Shown here: positions 1 through 8,661 of the stretch, in pieces
How the letters are laid out: every line of letters begins with the position of its first letter
Position numbering within the stretch: the first letter of the stretch is position 1
DNA from: an uncultured Armatimonadetes bacterium
Lineage (GTDB): Bacteria; Armatimonadota; UBA5829; DTJY01
Assembly (NCBI GenBank): GCA_963717145.1
Contig: OY970325.1
Span: 1,920,001-1,984,000, forward strand
DNA: 64,000 nucleotides
Direction of reading: 5' to 3'
Program-made: the position numbers and the translations under genes
The notes under the pieces: generated by a model
Seen by the model: the letters and a program-made list of their open reading frames with translations, nothing else
Told to the model about the DNA's origin: nothing
Databases searched by the model: none

Positions 1-17
1 CGAACGCATCAAAACAC

Positions 18-119
18 AACGATGCTTCGGTAGCAGAGGCCCGGCGGCGCTGCCGAAGCATGTCACGACACCGTGGTGCTTCGGTAGCGCCGCCGGGCCT
101 CTGCTACCGAAGCATCGTT
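18..119. repeat. REP-doublet (REPIN-like) inverted repeat, family A
   Basis: 43-bp arm aacgatgcttcggtagcagaggcccggcggcgctgccgaagca (18-60) and its reverse complement (77-119, 1 mismatch). Each arm is itself a hairpin. A second copy lies at 17895-17996. Confidence 0.9.
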
Positions 120-223
120 CTCCCGAATCGAGACGATTAGATGCGTTCGCCCTGCTCTGAGCTGCCTTACCTATTGACAAATTGGCGTTTATGTGGGATA
201 GTAATGTACGGGGGTAACGACAA

Positions 224-2329
224 ATGGCCACACGATGCATCATCTCCATCTTGCCTGTCCTCACGGCGCTCGTTCTCTGTCAGACTATCGCACGGGCCGA
301 TCCACCTGAATACCGTAGTGCCTGGGTATACGGATACGCCAGCGAGTTCGCCAATCCGACTGCGACCAGCACGGTCATCAACAAACTGGCGGACAACAAC
401 TTCAACGTTGTCGTACCGGAGATACGAATCGTCGCCGGATGCTACTACGATTCGGACATCGAGTCCATGGCAAGCGACGTTCAGGCGGGCTATGACCCTC
501 TCGCCGACCTGATTGCCAAGGCCCACGCTCGGAACATGGAGTGCTGGGCATGGATACTCACCTACCGAGTAGCGATGAACAGCACTCTCGATGATTGGGC
601 CACCTACACCAATACCGGGACTCAAAGCACCCAGTTGCTCGACCCAGGGTGCCCTGGAACCCAGGACTATGTCTGCAAGATCGTGAAGGAGATCGTAACC
701 AAGTATCCCGACCTGGACGGCTTCAACTTCGACTACGTTCGCTATGATGGAAACCAATATGGATACAACCCCATCGCCAGGGAGCGGTTCCGAAGCGAGT
801 ACGGGTATTACCCGCCCACATCTACTGCCGATGCCAACTGGCCGGTCTGGGCTGCGTGGAAGCGGCGGCAGGTTACCGACCTGGTGAGGAAATGCTACGT
901 GGAGGCCACGCACATCAATCCCCAGATCAAGATGACCGTGGACAGCATAGGCTGGATGGGCCCCGATCCGAGTGTGAACTTCGAGGGCACGCGCGCTTAC
1001 TCTGAGGTATGCCAGGACAACAAGGGCTGGATGCAGGAAGGCATCGTGGACGTCAATATCCTGATGAACTACAAGCGAGACTGGTGTACCGCATCCGAGC
1101 CTTCCTGGACCTACGGGGGGAAGACGTACAACGGAGGCGATCAGCAGGGTGATCACAGACTGTGGAGCAACTGGCTCGCGAGCATGCAGACCACCACCGG
1201 CAGGCACTCGATTGACGGCATAGGCGGGTACATGAACGTCATGTCGGGGATCCTCTCCCAATGGCAGTACAGCCGCGCGAACGGCATAGGGCTCGGCACC
1301 TTCCGCTACGGATTCACCATCGGCCTGGAGGACGCAACCCACCCCGGGAAGCCGGTCTTCAACACGAACACCACCGTGGTTACTCACGGCAGCGAGACGC
1401 TGTTCTACAACACCATCAAGGCTAACATGTTTCAGAATCCCGCTCCCATCCCCGCCATGCCCTGGAAGGAATCACCGACCGACGGGATCATCTTCGGCAC
1501 GGTGACCGATGCCACTCAGAATGACCCCATCTACCAGTCCTGGATCTGCAAGGGCACGGTGACCGTTGACGGCCCGGTGACTCGCTCCATGGACACCGAC
1601 GCTACCGGAACCTACGGATTCCTGAAACTCCCGCCGGGGACTTACACCATCACCGTCTCGAAGGCAGGCTATCCGAATCGCACGTACACCAACCAGAACC
1701 TCGCCATTGGGCAGGTCCTTCGGCGCGACATCGACCTCGGCTTCCTCCCTTGCGCCTCGCCGACCGAGGCAAAGATCGCCGCTACCGACACTAAGGTCGC
1801 GCTGATCGGCTCGGTCGTGAGCGCCTCATTCACCGATCACTTCTATGCCGAGGCGCTGGATCGATCGAGCGGCATTCGCGTGAATCTGGCGAGCCATGGG
1901 CGTTCGCCGGGACAGGGAGTGGACGTGCCCGGGGTTGTAAAGACGAACTCCGACGGCGAGCGGTATATCGAGGCGTCGGCTGTCTCTCCTGCCGGCGGCG
2001 GCACGATCGATCCCCTGGAGATGATCGGACGCAGTATCGGCGGAAGCGATTCTGAGGCGCAGCCGGGCATCGTTCAAGGAGCGGGGTTGAACAATATCGG
2101 ATTGCTCATCTCCACCGTTGGCACCGTCACCCACGCCGAGAGCGGCTTCTTCTACGTGGACGATGGAAGCGCCCCCACGGACAACTCCGGCTTCGTGGGA
2201 GTCAGAATCCTGCCCTGTGGACTGAGCGTCCCGGCGGAGAACTCCCATGCAGTAGTCACCGGCGTCAGCTCGTGCTTCAAGGACGGCACGAACCTCTACC
2301 CGCAGATTCGCGCGACGGCGATTCACTGA
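224..2329 (+). CDS. Secreted glycosyl hydrolase-like family 10 (DUF187/GHL10) protein with a carboxypeptidase-regulatory-like Ig domain and a conserved C-terminal surface domain
   Basis: Signal peptide; motifs YRSAWV, YDPLADLIAKAHARNMECWAW, LLDPGCP, DGFNFDYVRY, W..WKRRQVTDLV; TGTYGFLKLPPGTYTITVSKAGY Ig-like domain; C-terminal GIRV...GLNNIGLL...FYVDDGS domain. Confidence 0.85.
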   Translation: MATRCIISILPVLTALVLCQTIARADPPEYRSAWVYGYASEFANPTATSTVINKLADNNFNVVVPEIRIVAGCYYDSDIESMASDVQAGYDPLADLIAKAHARNMECWAWILTYRVAMNSTLDDWATYTNTGTQSTQLLDPGCPGTQDYVCKIVKEIVTKYPDLDGFNFDYVRYDGNQYGYNPIARERFRSEYGYYPPTSTADANWPVWAAWKRRQVTDLVRKCYVEATHINPQIKMTVDSIGWMGPDPSVNFEGTRAYSEVCQDNKGWMQEGIVDVNILMNYKRDWCTASEPSWTYGGKTYNGGDQQGDHRLWSNWLASMQTTTGRHSIDGIGGYMNVMSGILSQWQYSRANGIGLGTFRYGFTIGLEDATHPGKPVFNTNTTVVTHGSETLFYNTIKANMFQNPAPIPAMPWKESPTDGIIFGTVTDATQNDPIYQSWICKGTVTVDGPVTRSMDTDATGTYGFLKLPPGTYTITVSKAGYPNRTYTNQNLAIGQVLRRDIDLGFLPCASPTEAKIAATDTKVALIGSVVSASFTDHFYAEALDRSSGIRVNLASHGRSPGQGVDVPGVVKTNSDGERYIEASAVSPAGGGTIDPLEMIGRSIGGSDSEAQPGIVQGAGLNNIGLLISTVGTVTHAESGFFYVDDGSAPTDNSGFVGVRILPCGLSVPAENSHAVVTGVSSCFKDGTNLYPQIRATAIH

Positions 2330-2346
2330 TTACTGATGGGAGTAGT

Positions 2347-2424
2347 GGAGCATTGGAGCATTGGAGCATTGGAGTACTGGGGTCCGGACCCCAGTACTCC
2401 AATGCTCCAACACTCCAATGCTCC
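2347..2424. repeat. Near-perfect 78-bp palindrome built from GGAGCATT octamers
   Basis: ggagcattggagcattggagcattggagtactggggtcc|ggaccccagtactccaatgctccaacactccaatgctcc; related octamer palindrome at 16411-16503. Confidence 0.85.
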
Positions 2425-2456
2425 GTTTCTCGGTTCCCGAAGGAGGTCGTTCACCG

Positions 2457-2651
2457 ATGGCATGCCCGAACACCGACACGAATATGAGTTCCTGCACGTG
2501 CAGCTACCCCGGATGCGCCCGCAAGGGAAACTGCTGCGAGTGTCTTCGATACCATCTGAGCAACAATGAGCTTCCGGCCTGCGCGTTCCCGGCCGACGTG
2601 GAGAAGACCTACGACCGCTCATTCCGCCGCTTCGCGCAGATATACAAGTAG
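2457..2651 (+). CDS. Small cysteine-rich protein (DUF6485-like), 64 aa
   Basis: AGGAGG RBS at 2441-2446 and ATG at 2457; MACP..N...CTCSYPGCARKGNCCECLRYH....ELPAC.FP..VEKTYDRSF pattern. Confidence 0.8.
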   Translation: MACPNTDTNMSSCTCSYPGCARKGNCCECLRYHLSNNELPACAFPADVEKTYDRSFRRFAQIYK

Positions 2652-2659
2652 CAGCGCGG

Positions 2660-3637
2660 TCAAGCGGTCTTCCTGGCGAAGACGGTGCGCCACATGAACC
2701 CGTTCTGGAACGCGAATATGAACGACATCAGGTTCAGTTGGACCGCTCCATCCTTGCCCGTCACCCCGGCCATCACGGCCACGAAGATGAACGGCGAGAC
2801 CAGCAGCGGCTGAATGCAACTGGGAAGATCGAGAGGCGCAGTGGGTTGCGTCTTCCTGACCTCCATCCAATCCCACGTCGTCTTGCATCCTATGCCCACA
2901 AGCATGATAAGAACGAGCCCGAGCCAGATGAGCCAGGTGCTCCGCTGCTTCTTGACCGCATCCACGTTCTTGATCTCGGCCTTCGTGTCCTTGATCTCCC
3001 CCGTGGTCCTCGCCAGGTCCGCGGTCGCGGTCTGAACCTCCTGCCTCAACAACGATGCCGCCTGCAGCTCCTTGATGTCCTGCGCATCCACCCGGGCCGG
3101 TGCCGATAGATCGCTCTGCAACTCCGGGTTGGCGGACAATGCTGCCTTGAGATCCTTGATGTTCTGCTTCTCCGCCGCAGCCTGTGGGGAATTCGGTATG
3201 TGGAGCTTCCGCGCCATCATCAACTCCCCCTTGAGATCGTTGATGCTCTCCGCTGCCTTGGCTTGTGGCGCAGGCAGGCCCTCGACGCTGATCTTCGCCG
3301 ACAACGACACCATCGACTTTTGGTCCAGCGACTGAAGCTTTTCCTTCTTGTCCGCAATATCTTTGGATAAGTCGTCCAGCCTCGACTTGAGCGTTGTAAG
3401 ATGAGAGACTGGACTCTGGCGCGCGTAAACGGGGACGAAAACGGCGACCAGGATCACGAGAACGAGCACGACGCCCGCGATCGCGAGGATCGGCCTGCCT
3501 CTCCCGCGTCGCGGCGCTGCATCCAGTCGATCAACCGTCCGGACCCGGCGACGCTCCAGACGGCCGTGGATGAAAAGGATCAGGGCCAGCAGCCACATGG
3601 CCCCAAGAAGAGAAAGACCGAGATACCAGGTGTTCAT
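2660..3637 (-). CDS. Hypothetical membrane protein: two N-terminal TM segments, a long coiled coil and three C-terminal TM segments
   Basis: 325-aa ORF with a GGGAGG RBS, hydrophobic segments and a heptad-rich middle; C-terminus PLLVSPFIF...FAFQNGFMW. Confidence 0.7.
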   Translation of the reverse strand: MNTWYLGLSLLGAMWLLALILFIHGRLERRRVRTVDRLDAAPRRGRGRPILAIAGVVLVLVILVAVFVPVYARQSPVSHLTTLKSRLDDLSKDIADKKEKLQSLDQKSMVSLSAKISVEGLPAPQAKAAESINDLKGELMMARKLHIPNSPQAAAEKQNIKDLKAALSANPELQSDLSAPARVDAQDIKELQAASLLRQEVQTATADLARTTGEIKDTKAEIKNVDAVKKQRSTWLIWLGLVLIMLVGIGCKTTWDWMEVRKTQPTAPLDLPSCIQPLLVSPFIFVAVMAGVTGKDGAVQLNLMSFIFAFQNGFMWRTVFARKTA

Positions 3638-3780
3638 CTATCTTCCCTCCCATTGCAGAATCGGACACTCTAGGGTCGTTATTCTCCGTGGACGTAAACA
3701 CTCCTCCCCCCGCCCTGCGTTTTTTCCATCAATGCGATTGAACCCGCATTATTCATGACACGCTCAAACAAGGCGCACAC

Positions 3781-3985
3781 TGTCATTCTGAGCGCAGCGA
3801 AGAATCTGGCCGGGCCCAGACAGATTCTTCGCTGCGCTCCTAAGGAAGCCCACACCGTCAGTCCTGAGTGCGCCTCTGGGCGTGTAACGAAGGACGGCCT
3901 TACTCCACCGAGCCGTCCTTCGTTACATGCCGTCCCTTCGACAGGCTCAGGACAGGCATTCACCGGCATACTCAGGACTAGCGGT
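3781..3985. repeat. Composite cluster of palindromic REP-like elements
   Basis: tgtcattctgagcgcagcgaagaatct...agattcttcgctgcgctc (related to 14713-14782), then gtaacgaaggacggc...gccgtccttcgttacatgccgtc...attcaccggcatactcagg (related to 12274-12493). Confidence 0.85.
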
Positions 3986-4007
3986 GTTTGCTTCCGGTGT
4001 GACGAAC

Positions 4008-4042
4008 AAAAGGGCGGGATGCGTAGACGCTTCCCGCCCTTT
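4008..4042 (-). terminator. Intrinsic terminator downstream of 4105-4767
   Basis: Stem aaagggcggga/tcccgcccttt followed by T-rich sequence on the minus strand. Confidence 0.7.
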
Positions 4043-4104
4043 CGGTATTCCATGTTGGGTCATCGGGCATGAGTGACCCCACCCAACATCACTATCCTGT
4101 TTCC

Positions 4105-4767
4105 CTACGCCGCCGCCTGCAATCCGCGCGCTGCCACGGTCGCCTCGGCCGACGGCGCGGAGATATCCGTCTGTTTCGCCCCGCGATATCGGACGTAGTA
4201 CGTATAGTCCGACCCACTACCAGTGATCTCGTCGTAGTAGGGAGATCTAGTCGCCAGGCCGATCACCTGGAAGTCGGTCTCCCCGGCCTTCTTGCGATAG
4301 ATCGTCGCTGCCATCACGCCCGCCGGCTTGCCGTTCGTGTTCTCCTTCGATGGATTCGGGCCCCAGTGAACCGTCACCTGGCCGATCTTCGACTCCAGGT
4401 ACATCTTCGGCGTAAGCTCCGTGATCGGGAGCGGCATATCCTGAACGTACTGAGGCACGAGGCCGAGCAGGCTACGAAGCGCATCGGTCATGCCCGGATG
4501 CTTCTGGATGCGCTGAACGAGCGGGCGGAGGACGTCCTCGGAATCGGTGCGGCTGGTGACCTTCGCGGAGGTCGTGCTCTTCGCGAGACTCCTCTGCAAG
4601 AGGGCCGCCGCATACTTATCGGTGAAATCGGCCGACGCGGTTGTGATCGGCGTCAGGTCCGCCGGCAGAAGACCGACCATCCCTGCGTTGGTGGTCAGCA
4701 TCGCCACGAAATTGGCGAGCCATGCATCGTAGTCATTGTCACTTGGTGGATAATACGTCTTTCCCAT
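4105..4767 (-). CDS. Uncharacterised protein with an N-terminal helical domain and a C-terminal FN3-like beta domain; paralog of 21055-21732
   Basis: GAGGTG RBS; YYPPSDNDYDAWLANF, RPLVQRI...TDALR..LGL, VHWG...NGKP, IYRKKAG, ATRSPY and YVRYRG all align with the second paralog. Confidence 0.85.
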   Translation of the reverse strand: MGKTYYPPSDNDYDAWLANFVAMLTTNAGMVGLLPADLTPITTASADFTDKYAAALLQRSLAKSTTSAKVTSRTDSEDVLRPLVQRIQKHPGMTDALRSLLGLVPQYVQDMPLPITELTPKMYLESKIGQVTVHWGPNPSKENTNGKPAGVMAATIYRKKAGETDFQVIGLATRSPYYDEITGSGSDYTYYVRYRGAKQTDISAPSAEATVAARGLQAAA

Positions 4768-4804
4768 GCTTTATCACCTCGTCTGGATGCTAAGCCGACT
4801 GTCT

Positions 4805-4972
4805 GCCGCCACGGATATGACCTGCGATGCAGTGTCTATGAGTCTCCATGCAGCGTCTATGAGCCTTCATGCAGCGTCTATGACTCTCGATGCAGAGTCC
4901 ATGACTCTCCAAGCAGAGCTGCTCAGAACGATCGCAGAGCTGCTCCGCTCTTCCGGATCGCTGCACGGCGGC
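4805..4972. repeat. Degenerate tandem array of about 8 x 21-bp units upstream of 4105-4767
   Basis: Core units gatgcagtgtctatgagtctc, catgcagcgtctatgagcctt, catgcagcgtctatgactctc, gatgcagagtccatgactctc, caagcagagctgctcagaacg, atcgcagagctgctccgctct, plus one weaker unit on each side. Confidence 0.8.
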
Positions 4973-5194
4973 TGATCCACGCGGATCGGGCCTCGTCGGA
5001 GAGCGAACTCCCCGCCCCGGCTCATTCCCCGGCACTATTACCGGGTCAGCGGCCTGCACCACATATTCTTGGATTCGGGATCATGAATCTTTAGGGCCAC
5101 TAGCACTTGAGGGAAATCTTTTTCAAGATGCGATCGTGATGAGGATGAACGGCGGACCCCCTCTCCGCTGCGGGGAGCGCCGGGGAGGGGTGTT

Positions 5195-5262
5195 CCGGTG
5201 TTGGGTGATGGGTGTCAGGTGTTCGATGTTGGGCGTTCGATGTTCGATGTTCGATGTTCGCT
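5195..5262. repeat. Heptamer short tandem repeat (TTCGATG-like)
   Basis: gtgttcgatgttgggcgttcgatgttcgatgttcgatgttcg; similar heptamer tracts near 8732-8765 and 12523-12552. Confidence 0.75.
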
Positions 5263-5386
5263 CCCCCACCCCCGCCAGCCCCGACCGCGCCGGTGAATGA
5301 CGACGCATGTATCGAACGGCGGCCTGCGGAGCGCCGTCCACTAGCTGGGACGCAGCAGGTTGGACGCGTGAAGGAACAACCGCTGC

Positions 5387-5414
5387 TTGACTTTCGCAGG
5401 GAATCGTGTATAAT
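5387..5414 (+). promoter_or_regulatory. Sigma70-type promoter with no downstream ORF
   Basis: TTGACT-16 bp-TATAAT. Confidence 0.65.
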
Positions 5415-5419
5415 ACTTG

Positions 5420-5555
5420 TGTGAAAGTCGGCGCAGTTGTCCCGCAACATAGGCGGAACAACCGCGCCGGCTTATTGCGCTAGTTACCACTGGCATGGTA
5501 TGCTAGCGTGCTACGAACGATCCTCAGGATTGTCGGCAGAATCCTAAGGATCCGG
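5420..5555 (+). ncRNA. Candidate small structured RNA (possible antitoxin)
   Basis: Follows the promoter; three consecutive hairpins (about 5426-5472, 5477-5510, 5519-5552); convergent with the small hydrophobic ORF 5557-5715. Confidence 0.4.
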
Positions 5556-5556
5556 C

Positions 5557-5715
5557 CTAGAGCCAGTGGGGTAGATGCCCCAGCAACTCTAGGGATGCGC
5601 TCTGGATTGCTGGCCAAAATGGCAGTATCTCAGCAACAAAGCGCGCGGCGTTAGCTGCTATCGCGACGAGCAGCGATATCACCAGCAGCCATCGCACGAT
5701 TCGTCTGGTTTTCAT
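5557..5715 (-). CDS. Small hydrophobic membrane peptide, 52 aa (candidate type I toxin)
   Basis: AAGGAAGGGAG SD upstream; MKTRRIVRWLLVISLLVAIAANAARFVAEILPFWPAIQSASLELLGHLPHWL has a basic N-terminus and one TM helix. Confidence 0.55.
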   Translation of the reverse strand: MKTRRIVRWLLVISLLVAIAANAARFVAEILPFWPAIQSASLELLGHLPHWL

Positions 5716-5950
5716 GGTTCTCTGCGCTCCCTTCCTTGTTGGGATAGGGGCGCCACCGATAGACAGCCCTGAAGGCCAACCGACTGACTGCCGACAATCA
5801 ATCGGGGCTCCCCGGGTCTCGTCGATAGCAACCGCCAAGTTTCTTCTCGACGAGATCCGTTGCCAGGGCGTCGCTTCGGCGACGCCCAAACTATTGGTGT
5901 GTCCGCTACGTATGTGCTGATCCGCGCCTCGACTGTCTAGCCCATGACGC

Positions 5951-5993
5951 AAAAAGAGCCAAACCCGGCGCTAGGCCCTGGTTTGGCTCTTTT
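5951..5993 (-). terminator. Intrinsic, probably bidirectional, terminator
   Basis: aaaaagagccaaacc...ggtttggctctttt stem with A and T tails. Confidence 0.7.
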
Positions 5994-6140
5994 CCTCAGA
6001 TCACTTGGAAATGACACACAAACAGGGCCGGAAAACAGCTCCCGTTCAAAAAGCTTGGCTCCATCCATAGAACAGGAATAGATGCTTCGCGCCTACCCGC
6101 GTCGCATACTGTTTTCTAACGCTGCTTGCAATTATGACCA

Positions 6141-6242
6141 CTATTGTTCGCGCTCGACCAGGGTCCCCGGGTAGGCAGGGCACAAGAAAGATAGCAATGA
6201 TGATCGATCGCGCACGAGTGGTGCTCGCCCCATTGAGAGCAT
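6141..6242 (-). CDS. Possible 33-aa small protein MLSMGRAPLVRDRSSLLSFLCPAYPGTLVEREQ
   Basis: GGAGG 8 nt before the ATG, just downstream of the promoter at 6276-6304. Confidence 0.3.
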   Translation of the reverse strand: MLSMGRAPLVRDRSSLLSFLCPAYPGTLVEREQ

Positions 6243-6275
6243 ATCCGTCGCCTCCAGATAGGAAGCAACAGTACG

Positions 6276-6304
6276 ATTCTACCCGCTTTGCCGCACCTTG
6301 TCAA
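6276..6304 (-). promoter_or_regulatory. Sigma70-type promoter
   Basis: TTGACA-17 bp-TAGAAT on the minus strand. Confidence 0.7.
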
Positions 6305-6426
6305 GGGGTTCGCCAGCTTTTTTCAGAGATTCCCAGACTTTTCTTGCCAACAGGAAGCGAACTGCGGGGACTCCTCGGTCGGCAGCGGAATACGTAGAGG
6401 ACCGTATCGAAGGAACAGGCCGGAGA

Positions 6427-6595
6427 TCAAATCCCCAATTCCGTCTGCTCGCCTTCGCGTTGGAGCTTCTTGCCGGAGGAGCGGAGGGAGTAGCCCTTCG
6501 GGAAGTCAACTCCTTGCCCTCCAGGAGTTCCTTGATCGTGCGAACCTGGAGCTTCGGGATCTTCCTGCCTGAGGGCGAGTCAAAGAAGACTACAA
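6427..6595 (-). pseudogene. Frameshifted C-terminal remnant resembling DNA methyltransferase/Mrr-type restriction fusion proteins
   Basis: FFDSPSGRKIPKLQVRTIKELLEGKE/(F)DFPKGYSLRSSGKKLQREGEQTELGI*, with a 1-nt deletion near 6508; no 5' part is present. Confidence 0.55.
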
Positions 6596-6628
6596 CACCC
6601 GCCCGCGTCCTCTTCGACGGCCCTTGCT

Positions 6629-7469
6629 CTACGCGTCACTGTGCAGCCGCAATCTGGCTGGCAGGTAGTCCTTTACCCAAAGGCGCTCGACTGTCTCCGC
6701 CTCCCAACTGGCCCTGAATGCGAGGAGCAGCATGAGTGCCGAGACCACAACAACAACGATCTCTGGCAGGTAGGCGGTGCCGGTCCACCGCCAACGCATA
6801 AGGACGAGACTGATCACGATGATGAGAGCCAGCATGAGTGACCAGGGCTGGTAACGTGGCGAGCGCACGCTAGGCATGCATCCTCTCGGATTGCTCTCGG
6901 CTCCTTTTGACGGTCGAAATAACAGACTCTCGGCATATCCGAGCATAACAAACTCAGCGGCAAGCAACAGAGGCCAGACGAAGCTTCTCGGTCCACCCAA
7001 AGGTTAGCCCTAAGACAGTGGCAAAGGTCCAGTTATAGCCAATGAACCGCGTCGTATGCCTACGTCTACCCCATTCAACCAATTCCTGTGGTCCACGGGT
7101 GTAGAGGAAATATGCAAAGAAGTCTCGACCCCCGCCACTCGGTTTACCGTTCGGCTCGCATAACCGTCGGTAGCTCTTCTCCACTAGCAATCTGACCATA
7201 GTCCGGCTGTGGAAGTTGTATGGATCGCCGAATCTAGCATACATGTAGACGATCACGAAAGTGGAAATCACATATCCGACGATTGGTGAGCCGAGAATAG
7301 CCACAACCAACGCACCTAGCGCTCCATAGTCAAGACTGTACTTGCTGAAGAGATCACTTGCAGCCTTGACAAGCTGCAGCCATCCACCTACTGGCCTCCA
7401 GGATGCAAGAAAGGCGGCAATGAACACCCAGCCGGTCATGAAGTTCCTTGTGAGTAGCTCGCGTTCCAT
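6629..7469 (-). CDS. Hypothetical multi-TM membrane protein, probably one gene split by a frameshift near 7000
   Basis: Overlapping hydrophobic ORFs 6954-7469 and 6629-7000 join by removing one T from a TTT run; GGGGA RBS; lower GC than neighbours. Confidence 0.5.
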
Positions 7470-7716
7470 ATCATCCCCTGTCTGCTGACTACCTGCTCTC
7501 GACCGACTCGTCCGCGATGTGCTCGCGCATGATGGTAAGGTTATCGCCGTAGTAGAGGGTGTTCTTCATTTGCAGGGATGTTCAACGGGGAGGAGGCGGT
7601 TTCCTGCCTGGGACGTGGATCGGGAGTGCAACTCCCGGGGCGTGCGGCGGGAGGGAGTGCAACTCCCTCCCGAACGGTGGCTCCCTCACGAACGGTGAAG
7701 CGAGAGGCGGGAAGGC

Positions 7717-8661
7717 TCAGTAACTCCCCTTGTTCTTGAGGACCCACTTGCCGATCTTGAGCTTGCGCTTCTTGATCTCGGGGGAGACCGAGCCGATCAT
7801 CCAGCAGTTCTTGCCGCAGTTTCGCGCCATCTTGCGGACCTCCGCCGCGCGGGGGCTGGTCCTGATCTCCTCGAAGGTCTGCTCCTTGATGTTCCCCATG
7901 CTCTCGTCGACGACGTTGCACGGCTTGATGTCGCCCCACGGCTCGCACAGGAAGATGTCCTCCCCCATGCAGCACGGGAGCAGGCGCTCCCCACCGTGGA
8001 CGTAGTTGATGATCCCGTGGTTGAAGTAGGCGCGGAACCAGTTCTTCGGCTTCTTGCTCTTGAACAGCTCGCGGATCAGCTTGCGGACGTTCTCCGAGAC
8101 CTCTTCCTTCTTCGTGATCTCGTTGTCCATCTTGTGGAAATAGTAGGCGTTGTGGACGACGGCGGTGGCGAACTCGACCTCCAGGTGCTTGGCGAGTTCG
8201 TATAGCTCCAGGATGTCGGCCGAGTTCCGGTCAGAGATCGTGATGCCGAAGCCGATGTCCTTGAGCCCCATCTTCTTGAGCTGCAGGAGTGTGCGCAGTC
8301 CGTGGTCGAAGCCGCCCTCGATGCCGCGCAGTTCGTCGTTCGCGGCGGGGAGCCCTTCGAGCGAGATACGGAAGCCGAGTTCGCCGTTGAACTTCTCAGC
8401 GAGGGCGACGATCTTCTCGGTGTAGAATCCGTTTGTGCTGATGCAGATGCGCTTGGCCTTCTTCTTGACGATCGTGACGATGTCGGCCAACTCCTCGCGC
8501 AGGAACGGCTCGCCGCCGGTGATGTTGAGGAATTCCAGCTCGGGGAACTTCTCGTAGTACGACGGATCCATCTCCTGCTCGGGCGTGGATGGGAACTGCC
8601 AGGTGTTGCACATATGACACTTGGCGTTGCACCGGTATGTTGCGACGAGTATGCCTTCCAT
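7717..8661 (-). CDS. Radical SAM protein with a SPASM/twitch-like C-terminal domain
   Basis: YRCNAKCHMC (CxxxCxxC), ITGGEPFLR, C-terminal C..G......PWGDIKPC...MGNI and C.KNC. Confidence 0.92.
   Translation of the reverse strand: MEGILVATYRCNAKCHMCNTWQFPSTPEQEMDPSYYEKFPELEFLNITGGEPFLREELADIVTIVKKKAKRICISTNGFYTEKIVALAEKFNGELGFRISLEGLPAANDELRGIEGGFDHGLRTLLQLKKMGLKDIGFGITISDRNSADILELYELAKHLEVEFATAVVHNAYYFHKMDNEITKKEEVSENVRKLIRELFKSKKPKNWFRAYFNHGIINYVHGGERLLPCCMGEDIFLCEPWGDIKPCNVVDESMGNIKEQTFEEIRTSPRAAEVRKMARNCGKNCWMIGSVSPEIKKRKLKIGKWVLKNKGSY

Noticed and set aside
167-1387. 406-aa minus-strand ORF and similar long antisense ORFs (13229-14374, 24370-25341, 29277-30365, 31913-33163, 43947-45224, 48779-49912)
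   Set aside because: All lie opposite well-supported genes and lack motifs.
4766-5062. Heptad-repeat peptides encoded by the 21-bp array (ORFs 4766-4975 plus and 4790-5062 minus)
   Set aside because: No clear RBS, open frames on both strands, and no similarity to translations of the second array. Not called as CDS, although not fully excluded.
5760-5945. Known riboswitch in the structured region
   Set aside because: Hairpins are present, but I could not match the consensus of any class I know; needs an Rfam search.
7622-7697. GGGAGTGCAACTCCC palindromes as transcription-factor operators
   Set aside because: They lie just after the radical SAM stop codon and resemble the other dispersed REP-like hairpins; no evidence for a regulator.
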